47,458 nucleotides of DNA from Candidatus Bathyarchaeia archaeon (GTDB lineage Archaea > Thermoproteota > Bathyarchaeia > 40CM-2-53-6), in contig JBEKSC010000022.1 of assembly GCA_049517415.1 (NCBI GenBank), positions 1-47,458 on the forward strand, read 5' to 3'. The notes under the pieces were generated by a model. It searched no databases. It worked only from the letters and a program-made list of their open reading frames with translations, and was not told the origin of the DNA. This document shows positions 39,781 to 47,458 of this stretch, one piece after another (position 1 is the first letter of the stretch; the number at the start of each line of letters is the position of its first letter). The position numbers and the translations under genes were made by a program.

Positions 39781-42700
39781 TTGCACGCGAAAGCATTGGC
39801 ATTGCTAGTCCTCGCCATATTCTTCATCGGATTAATTGGGTCTTTTCAGGTCGTTGGATCGGAAAGGACGCTCGGTAAACTGGACCCGACTCTGATAATG
39901 CGCATTGAGGGCGTTCAGCAACCGGGTTTACGAGTTCAGGGAAGTTCGGTTTTCGTCTTCGTGCGCCTTAACCCCGGCTATGCCGTAGGGGATGTTGCAA
40001 GGTACTTGTCGGCTAAGTTCACGGTTGGACCTTCCCATTCGCCATTCGCTGTTTATGGAACTGCTAGTGTTAATTCGCTCTTGCCTCTTGCTTCGTTGCC
40101 CGCCGTCTCCTACATTTTTCAGGACGTGAAGCTGGGCTCCGAGCAAATGAATGACTCAGAGGTTTACAGTCAACATTTGGCGACGGACATGTTCAAGGTT
40201 AGACAGGTTATTGGCGCTGATCGAGTGAACCAGCTTGGGATTTCAGGAAATGGGGTTACAATTGCTATCGTGGACACGGGAACTGATTTCACCATACCTG
40301 ATCTGATGGATGCGGTCGCGAGAAACGATGTGGGCCAGGCGATCTCTTTCGATGCTGACGGGCAGAGCTTTGCGATCACAAACTTAACCGTAACTCGTTT
40401 CGGTAACGTCCTCACCACCGCTGGGAAAGTTGTTAGCGTTTGGAACGCTTCTAGCTACCTCAACACCAACCCCAGTCAGCCGCAGATTGATAAGGTACGG
40501 TTGCTCTACAATTACGTAGCTCCCACCGTTTTCTCAAAGTCAGGAAATTATCACTTCGGAATCCTGAGCGAGGAAATTTCAGATGTAGTTTCAGGGGGAA
40601 CCGTTAACCTCGACTTCCCTGTAGTAGTTGTTGATGCCCATCAGTCGGGGGTATATGACACCGTCGTAGTGGATATGTCCACAGCATACTACAATTTCCT
40701 ACTAAACTACCGGGACAGTCTGAATGCAAAAGCCTCGCAACCGCTTGGCCTTAACCTCACCTGGCCTTCTCCCCAACCCGTTTGGAACGACCATGGTTTC
40801 GCCGACGAAAAACCACACACGGCAACACCAGGAAACGACCTGATATTCTTCGATCCAAACAACACTGGTGTTCCAGTGTTCAGCGCAGGCTTACTCTCCT
40901 ACGGAATTGATCTTGGCGGATACACCGGAAAGAATTTCGCTTTGCTTCCCCCAATCGATCCCAACGGGAATTTCATCAATGTCTTTTTCGATTACGAAAG
41001 CCATGGAACGAGCACTGCATCGAATGCAGCTTCACGTGGAATCCTGAAGCGAGATATCTACCAAAACGGGACTTTACTCACGTTGCCTGGCGTTGCACCA
41101 GCAGCAAAGGTGATGGGAGTGAAAGCTCTCTGGATTGGGGACATAACCTTCGCATGGTACTACGCGGCAGGATTCGACTGGGATCCGAATGATTTCAGTT
41201 TCAAATACACAGGAATGCATCGGGCTGATATCATAAGCAATAGTTGGGGAGATTCAGATCCAATTCAAGACCTAGGTTCAACTTTCGGTCTCGACTCAAT
41301 GAGTCAATTAGCCGACGCATTAACCATCCCGCATTATCTCAACCCTGCTTACCCCGGCGTTGTAATGCTCTTCGCGGCAGGCAACGGTGGATTCGGCTAC
41401 GGTACGGTGGCATCGCCCGGAGCCGCAACGCTCCCAATAACAGTAGGTGCGTCAACGAATTACGCCTACCGAGCTCAGCCTGCCTTGCGGGTAGCACATG
41501 AGATCGAGGGCAGCTATGACGAGGTTGTTCCATGGAGCGCACGCGGACCAACATCAATCGGTGAGCCAAAGCCGGATGTAGTGGATGTGGGGGCGTTCGG
41601 ATTTGCTGATCAATCGACATTTACCGGCTACGGTAACGGGACCAACGCTTACACAACATTTGGCGGAACGAGTATGGCCACACCTGTCACCGCTGGAGCC
41701 GTAGCGTTGGTTATAGAAGAATATCGAAACACTCACGGAGGCTTGACACCCGCCCCGGACCTTGTAAAAGCCATTCTGGCCAGTGGTGCCACAGATCTCT
41801 CATACGATCAATTCACACAGGGGTCGGGAAGGGTCAACGTCTGGGATGCTGTCGCTGCAGCGGCAGAGGGTCACGACAGCCGTCTCCCAACCAGATTCTA
41901 CCTATACTCGCCAGCTACTTGGGATTCCGTTAGGAAACTGCTCTCTGAGTCGTGGGCGATGAATCTACAGACTCCAATTCCAACCACGAGTAGCGTGTCA
42001 GCTAACTGGTACGCTGGAGTAGCACAGCCGGGCACTTCAGAGATCGCAACTTTCGACATACAGAACGCGAACAAACCGTCAGCGCAAGCCTATGCATACA
42101 CACTCATATCCTCAACTACATCGCGGTATACGGCGAATTCTAACGTTACGTGGATCCAGGTACCGATATACACGATTCCAACCAACGCAGACCTCATGAA
42201 GGTCACAGTCGTATACCATTTCTCAGATTTCGCCAATGCAACAAGTTGGAGCTACAGTAATCTTCTCCTAGCGCAAATGTACGACACGAATTTCGATCCT
42301 GCAGGGCATATTAGCAGAATCACTAACGGCGCACCGTACGGCACAACCTCTGAGTTAATTGTTGGGCAGCCACTAACAAAGTTCCGCGGAGTCCCGGAGG
42401 TCAGAATCGTCAAACAGGGATCAGCCTCGAAAATCGCGTTCGAATTGGTCTTCCGATACTACACGCGATCCTCGTGGAACTGGATAACCCAGCTTTCAAC
42501 CTCGCATAATTCTCTCACAGCAACACTAACCGTTCCACTGGGTACAGGCCCCGGGGTCTACGGTGGGCTAATCGCCGTATCCGACAACGGAACTGAAACC
42601 GTTATCCCAGTGTCCGTTGTGATCCCAATTGTCGTCGGAGGAACGTATGGGTTATCTTCTCCGCCAGAGAAGACGCCGTACGTTAATTTCGCAGTCTATG

Positions 42701-43059
42701 GGGCTTTCGATTGGTCATGGCGTTATGAGGCCGGGGACTGGCGAACCTTCGCAATTATCGTTCCGCCCGGCGTGAACGAGCTCAAGGTTCATTTATCCTG
42801 GTCTGACCCTCAAACTCTTATTCAAGAACATTTGACGGGGCCCGCGGGGTTTCTGGTAGCCTCCTCTGAATACCCTTCGAGCCTCTACGTTGGGAGCGGA
42901 AAGTTCCACTGGTACACGAACACTGGCGGCCCGGCAGAGGAAATCGCAGCTTCAGGCATACGGCCAGGATTATACTTTCTTGTGTTACACAACGTGCTTT
43001 TCGGCGGCTCATTTGCGAGTTATCCGGAGAACTACACCTTGAATGTCGAGATGGTTTAA
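39781..43059 (+). CDS. Secreted S8 subtilase (pyrolysin-like, large insert in the catalytic domain)
   Basis: Signal peptide; IVDTG (Asp), SHGT (His), AAGN, GTSMATP (Ser); C-terminal beta domains. Confidence 0.92.
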   Translation: MHAKALALLVLAIFFIGLIGSFQVVGSERTLGKLDPTLIMRIEGVQQPGLRVQGSSVFVFVRLNPGYAVGDVARYLSAKFTVGPSHSPFAVYGTASVNSLLPLASLPAVSYIFQDVKLGSEQMNDSEVYSQHLATDMFKVRQVIGADRVNQLGISGNGVTIAIVDTGTDFTIPDLMDAVARNDVGQAISFDADGQSFAITNLTVTRFGNVLTTAGKVVSVWNASSYLNTNPSQPQIDKVRLLYNYVAPTVFSKSGNYHFGILSEEISDVVSGGTVNLDFPVVVVDAHQSGVYDTVVVDMSTAYYNFLLNYRDSLNAKASQPLGLNLTWPSPQPVWNDHGFADEKPHTATPGNDLIFFDPNNTGVPVFSAGLLSYGIDLGGYTGKNFALLPPIDPNGNFINVFFDYESHGTSTASNAASRGILKRDIYQNGTLLTLPGVAPAAKVMGVKALWIGDITFAWYYAAGFDWDPNDFSFKYTGMHRADIISNSWGDSDPIQDLGSTFGLDSMSQLADALTIPHYLNPAYPGVVMLFAAGNGGFGYGTVASPGAATLPITVGASTNYAYRAQPALRVAHEIEGSYDEVVPWSARGPTSIGEPKPDVVDVGAFGFADQSTFTGYGNGTNAYTTFGGTSMATPVTAGAVALVIEEYRNTHGGLTPAPDLVKAILASGATDLSYDQFTQGSGRVNVWDAVAAAAEGHDSRLPTRFYLYSPATWDSVRKLLSESWAMNLQTPIPTTSSVSANWYAGVAQPGTSEIATFDIQNANKPSAQAYAYTLISSTTSRYTANSNVTWIQVPIYTIPTNADLMKVTVVYHFSDFANATSWSYSNLLLAQMYDTNFDPAGHISRITNGAPYGTTSELIVGQPLTKFRGVPEVRIVKQGSASKIAFELVFRYYTRSSWNWITQLSTSHNSLTATLTVPLGTGPGVYGGLIAVSDNGTETVIPVSVVIPIVVGGTYGLSSPPEKTPYVNFAVYGAFDWSWRYEAGDWRTFAIIVPPGVNELKVHLSWSDPQTLIQEHLTGPAGFLVASSEYPSSLYVGSGKFHWYTNTGGPAEEIAASGIRPGLYFLVLHNVLFGGSFASYPENYTLNVEMV

Positions 43060-45154
43060 GGTGAGACAGAAGACTCAAGTTCTTTTCATCGCGTTAATCA
43101 TTATTTTGATCCTCGTAGGAGAAGCGGTAGTCTACCTCCCATACCGCTCAACAACACGCAGCGTAATCATCCAATCCTATCCATCGACCACCGCATTAGT
43201 CCAGGCCCTTACGAACGACGAAGTGGATATGGCACCTATCGAAAACCCCTCACCAGAAACGCTATTGCAGCTAAAGAACAACTCCAACCTGAACGTCGTG
43301 CCAATAGGCAACTTCGGATTTACATACATCGGTTTGAACCTACGAAACCCTCCGCTCAACAACTCAGTCTTCCGACAGGCCATGCTGTACGGGTTCGACC
43401 GGGAGCGCGTACTGAATGATGTGCTTGTTGGTTACGGAGAAACTCTAACCCCAGGCCTCTTCTCATCTGCCTACGCGACTCTGGGGTGGCGGAACGAGTT
43501 AATTGACTCGTACCTATACAACCCAGGTAAAGCCTCTCAACTCCTGGATAGCATCGGATTCGTTCAATCGTCCAGTGGGGTGAGAATGAATCCGTTCACA
43601 GGCCAACGGCTACGCACCATGTTTATTTTCAGCAAATTGAGCGACCCGCAAGCAGTTGCTGCTGCAAACCTATTCGCCCAGGATATGCGATCGATAGGCC
43701 TACCAATAATCAGTTTCCCCGGAACTGACTTCGACTTCAACTCGCAAGTGAAAGTAGCATATTCTTTTGACTTATATATCGATACTGAATCTGCGGGGGC
43801 CTCACCCACCTGGCTCCACGATCTTTTCGCCGGAATAAACGACATATCTCCCGCACCGTACTCGACGAATCTGGTTGGATACCACAACTCAACTTTTGAC
43901 GAATGCTCAAAGCAGTTAATGACATCATCCGATCCTGCCTCTGCCAAAATAGCCGCCTTAAGGTGTCAGGAAGAACTCAGCTTAGATGTTCCAGCCATCC
44001 CGGTTTACTCTAAGCGCCTGCTCATCGTGACGCAGAGGAGTTTTCCGCAGATACCTCCAATCACGGGGAGCATACAGGATAGTATTGCCGCGACAATCAC
44101 GAACATGACGGGGGTAGGTCTCGTCAGGATTGGTGAGGTGTCAGGTTTGACTGATCTAAACCCGGCAACGGTTCTAGCACCCGCAGACTCGCTGACACTG
44201 AGGCTCATAACTGAACCGCTGCTAACGCATGGTGGAGACGGTTCGCCACAACCTGGATTGGTCGATCAGTGGCAAATGAGTGATAACTCTACGAATCTTA
44301 CAATTGGTCTCAGCGACGGACTGGAATTTCAAGACGGCAGCTCCATAACAGCGCATGACTTGGCTGCAACTCTCGATTGGATGATCAAAAATATGATCCC
44401 ATCTACGCCACTCTACTCAACCCTGAATGAAATCAAGAGTATTAGTGAAGTGGACGGCCGAACAATCAACATATCCTTGCGTGATTCCAATCGCTTTGAA
44501 GTAGACGCAATTGCGAACGCATTTGCCCTACCCGCTAACCGATTACCCATTACGAACGACCCTCTCGCATTGATGTTGACGGGAGCGCTAGAATCTTCGG
44601 GCGCGTTTACGTTGGCAAAGTTCGTACAAGGGTCAGGGGTTGAATTACGATCTGATCAACCTGGTAATCGCGAGGTCTTTTACGTCGTTCAAGGGCAGGA
44701 AGCCTTTGGATCGCGAATTGGCGGAAGCCAAGCTAGGATTCTTTCTCAAGCTCTAATCTACGAAGGCGAACCTATAGATAACGCCACATTCACCGTACAA
44801 ATCTACGATTCGAATGGAGCCCCCGAGGCGACGATGCATGGATCATATTTCGGGTTTGGAATCTACGGAGCAATTTTGAACCTCAATAATCAACCACTTC
44901 CTATGGGAGAACACAAAGTTACGACACAACTGTACGCGCAGCTTCCGTCAGGCGCTGTTATTCAGTTCGACGAGCAAAGCCTGAATGTCCAGCCTCCGCA
45001 ACTTCTGTTACACATCACAGCATACGTAGTAGCGCTTGTCGCGATTGGAGCTGTGATATACAACTCATCCCTCAGAAAAGCAAGGCCTCCAACGAGGAGG
45101 AGGACCACGCGGCGCCGTAGAACACGCGCTAGGAAGGTGAGAAGAAGGAAGTAG
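43043..45154 (+). CDS. Family-5 (oligopeptide) ABC substrate-binding protein, membrane-anchored
   Basis: FRQAMLYGFDRE; YNPGKASQLLD; PGLVDQW..FQDGSSITAHD; C-terminal TM and Arg-rich tail. Confidence 0.82.
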   Translation: MSRWFKVRQKTQVLFIALIIILILVGEAVVYLPYRSTTRSVIIQSYPSTTALVQALTNDEVDMAPIENPSPETLLQLKNNSNLNVVPIGNFGFTYIGLNLRNPPLNNSVFRQAMLYGFDRERVLNDVLVGYGETLTPGLFSSAYATLGWRNELIDSYLYNPGKASQLLDSIGFVQSSSGVRMNPFTGQRLRTMFIFSKLSDPQAVAAANLFAQDMRSIGLPIISFPGTDFDFNSQVKVAYSFDLYIDTESAGASPTWLHDLFAGINDISPAPYSTNLVGYHNSTFDECSKQLMTSSDPASAKIAALRCQEELSLDVPAIPVYSKRLLIVTQRSFPQIPPITGSIQDSIAATITNMTGVGLVRIGEVSGLTDLNPATVLAPADSLTLRLITEPLLTHGGDGSPQPGLVDQWQMSDNSTNLTIGLSDGLEFQDGSSITAHDLAATLDWMIKNMIPSTPLYSTLNEIKSISEVDGRTINISLRDSNRFEVDAIANAFALPANRLPITNDPLALMLTGALESSGAFTLAKFVQGSGVELRSDQPGNREVFYVVQGQEAFGSRIGGSQARILSQALIYEGEPIDNATFTVQIYDSNGAPEATMHGSYFGFGIYGAILNLNNQPLPMGEHKVTTQLYAQLPSGAVIQFDEQSLNVQPPQLLLHITAYVVALVAIGAVIYNSSLRKARPPTRRRTTRRRRTRARKVRRRK

Positions 45155-45656
45155 TTCTCAAGGTAATGTCATGGGCCGCGATGAAGCCAACGTTCAGTTC
45201 TAAAATGCACATTGACTTCATTTGGTATGATGACCGGGCAGTCATAGGTTGGGCATGGTTTTACGTCGGGTTCAGTCCGTACCGCTTGTCTAGGTGAATT
45301 GAACCAAATTATGCGGTAACAGTCTCAGCAAACACTATAGAAAAGTGAAATCGAAAAGTCAGAGAGTGCAGCGAAAGAGTGGCAGGAATCTGTAGGGCCC
45401 ACAGCGTTCTTCTTTGCAAAAGCATAAGGCAGTCAGGTTTTTCTCAGGAGTCTCTATTTATCGAATAGAGGCTAATCCTTTGCTTTCGAGAAGGGACATA
45501 CTCCTTGGACAGATAATACATCGTTCTGGCCGCGTCGTGGACTTTCTATTAGACTGAAAAGCATAGAGAAGAAAAAGCCTAGCCTATGCTCACATAGGCC
45601 AAGGCCTACGCCCAGAAATCGGAAGGAAACAAAAAAGGGGAATCTTCCTTTTGGCC

Positions 45657-46472
45657 CTAGCGTCCGAGCATGCCGAGTATTCCGCCCAGCACGCCCAAAA
45701 CGAATCCGGCCACAAACCCTCCGCCGATCAACAGGCTCAGGACCGCCAACGGAAACACTACGATGCTTCCAATTGTACCGTACCCTAGCAGCATCAGTAT
45801 CGATCCGATTACCAGTATGAGCCCGATAATCGCGCCTATCGCAAACGTTAGGCTCGGCGGGCCAACAGCTGGCAACCAGAAGAAGATGCCGGTCCATAAG
45901 CTGTAGAAACTAGGTGAGAGCAAAGCTGCTGCGTTAAGGATTACGAGGATACCTGCAAGCATTGCTAGTATGAATCCCCATAGCGCTCTCGGCGGGGACG
46001 GTTGGTAGTATGGTGGCATCGGCCCCATGAAAGCCTGAGGTGGTCCCATCTGCATAGGTGGGGGTCCCATTTGCATTTGCATAGGTGGTTGTTGCATTTG
46101 CATAGGTGGTTGTTGCATTTGCATAGGTGGTTGTTGCATTTGCGGGGCTGCTACCATTGGTACAACGCCTTGGTAACACTGCGGGCAGAGTACTAGGTCC
46201 ATGTAGGCCTTGGAGTCGTCGCGGCAAATTGATCTTCCACATCGGTTACAGACGTAGACGGCGGGTAGGTTAGGGTGATAGTAGCATTGGCCGGGTGCCG
46301 GAACCCTGATTGGGTTGCCCGGGCTGACGGGAGTCACAACGCGGACTGAAGGGACTGGTTTGAGTGCTGGCCCTATTGGCCCCACTGACCCACCGACTGA
46401 GGATCCACAACTTGAACAGAATGCTGCGTCGTCGCGGTTATTGTAGCCGCATGATGGGCATTTCTTGACCAT
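45657..46472 (-). CDS. Zinc-ribbon + B-box + Q/P/M low-complexity linker + membrane domain protein
   Basis: CPSCG..N...AFCSSCG; CYYH-x7-CNRCGRSICRDD-x8-CPQC; (MQQPPMQ)n; 3-4 TMs; SD GGAGG upstream. Confidence 0.85.
   Translation of the reverse strand: MVKKCPSCGYNNRDDAAFCSSCGSSVGGSVGPIGPALKPVPSVRVVTPVSPGNPIRVPAPGQCYYHPNLPAVYVCNRCGRSICRDDSKAYMDLVLCPQCYQGVVPMVAAPQMQQPPMQMQQPPMQMQQPPMQMQMGPPPMQMGPPQAFMGPMPPYYQPSPPRALWGFILAMLAGILVILNAAALLSPSFYSLWTGIFFWLPAVGPPSLTFAIGAIIGLILVIGSILMLLGYGTIGSIVVFPLAVLSLLIGGGFVAGFVLGVLGGILGMLGR
46071..46143. repeat. 21-bp tandem repeat, about 3.5 copies (coding, MQQPPMQ)
   Basis: Unit TTGCATTTGCATAGGTGGTTG at 46071, 46092 and 46113, partial at 46134. Confidence 0.95.
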
Positions 46473-47008
46473 TTTCCTAATTAGCCTCCTTTAGTTGAAT
46501 TAACTCGGGAATACCGTGCCGTCGTGAAAGCACTTAAGCGTTTGGATAAGCATTGTCAAATTGGTGAATGATAAAACCCTAATCATACCATTTCTTGACG
46601 CAAAAGATAGTCATTTGCACCGAATATTTCAACGAGGTGCTTCGAGGTGTGAACCAGCCGACCGGTAATACTTGCTTTTCACCAATGGCACTGATTGCAA
46701 ATCACTTCGGAACAATGAAGAATCACGTAAGCGTGCAGCGAAAGAATCTTGGGAAAGTGTCGCGCTTTTGCAGTCGTTTGATCCTGAGAAGGTCATCTAG
46801 AATAGACGCAAAGGGTAGTTCTTGGTTAACGTCTAAACACTGCGCACCATCAGCCTTTATTTCGAATTCTTGAATATCTCATGAGACGTTCAGAGTCCAG
46901 TAGCTGGCGTCCCATGAAATATATCGAATGAATTTCTAACGGTTTTTGGAGACTTGTTCTGAGTTCAGCATCTATTTAGCGAAGTTGTACATAGGGGCAG
47001 TTCGCGAA

Positions 47009-47136
47009 GCCCCGGTGGCTCAGCCTGGTAGAAATAAAGCGCCAACAGCGCCGCCTTGGTACGAATTCACAAAGAGGCGAAGGCCGCGGGTTCAAAAGCG
47101 ATCGTGCTATCGCTGAAAGTCCCGCCCGGGGCTCCA
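47009..47136 (+). tRNA. tRNA-Thr(GGU) with three introns: 22/23 (47032-47046), 37/38 (47062-47074), 59/60 (47097-47119); CCA encoded
   Basis: Acceptor GCCCCGG/CCGGGGC-U73-CCA. Removing three BHB-like inserts restores D-stem GCUC/GAGC, loop UUGGUAA and T-arm GCGGG-UUCAAAU-CCCGC. Confidence 0.87.
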
Positions 47137-47249
47137 CCGTATTTTAGAATAGACTCCCTCGCCTGGCCTTATGCGTTCTCGCATTTGGCTAGTAAGTTGG
47201 AAAAAGAGGGAATGAGTAGCGCGAATTCGAGCGATGGGAAGAGATTGGA

Positions 47250-47458
47250 TTATTTCGGATTGCGACGAGATTTTTTCTTCCGTTTGTCTGTTCTGAAGAA
47301 CTCAATCCAAATGCCGTCAGGATCCTTCACGTACGCGAGTCTTTCTCCGCCATTCGAGAATGGTGCTACGGCATTTCTAGCGCCCTTTCTGATCAGCTGA
47401 GCGTAAGTTCGGTCAACATCATCAACCCAGAATCCGAGATGGTCCATCTCCGTTCCCG
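47250..47458 (-). CDS. VOC/glyoxalase family protein (5' end outside the window)
   Basis: DHLGFWVDDVD; AYVKDPDGIWIEF. Confidence 0.88.
   Translation of the reverse strand, partial: GTEMDHLGFWVDDVDRTYAQLIRKGARNAVAPFSNGGERLAYVKDPDGIWIEFFRTDKRKKKSRRNPK

Noticed and set aside
46071..46143. Tandem repeat as a possible CRISPR array
   Set aside because: The units are contiguous with no spacers, in frame within a CDS, and no cas genes are present.
47056..47400. 114-aa plus-strand ORF
   Set aside because: It overlaps the three-intron tRNA-Thr and is antisense to the VOC gene.

Overview
Archaeal chromosome segment, most consistent with TACK/Thermoproteota (plausibly Bathyarchaeia; this is inferred from the tRNA-less 16S-23S spacer, no linked 5S, multi-intron tRNAs and gene content). 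In order it carries: the 16S 3' end and a full 23S rRNA enclosed by a canonical bulge-helix-bulge (BHB) stem; a cupredoxin-Rieske-cytochrome b cluster; tRNA-Ile (1 intron); a porCDAB operon followed by an unannotated 8-Cys microprotein ending in GG; tRNA-Ala (2 introns); assorted metabolic and repair genes (GT2, amber-interrupted TMEM175-like channel, rhomboid, CDF, GST, CARF-like regulator, DUF72-DinB, DHDPS family, Hjc-like); an Lrp/asnA-aspC-pckA module; a decayed stretch; a eukaryote-type ubiquitin operon; ask/hom; an S8 protease with a permuted peptide-binding protein; a second, membrane-anchored B-box protein; and tRNA-Thr with three introns. The best candidate for a new system is the ubiquitin locus: membrane-fused JAMM, Ub-GG, E2 and Ubl-E1, with no RING gene but a Zn-ribbon/B-box gene directly downstream. 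The 23S peptidyl-transferase centre is also unusually divergent. All calls come from motif recognition by eye; no database searches were run.
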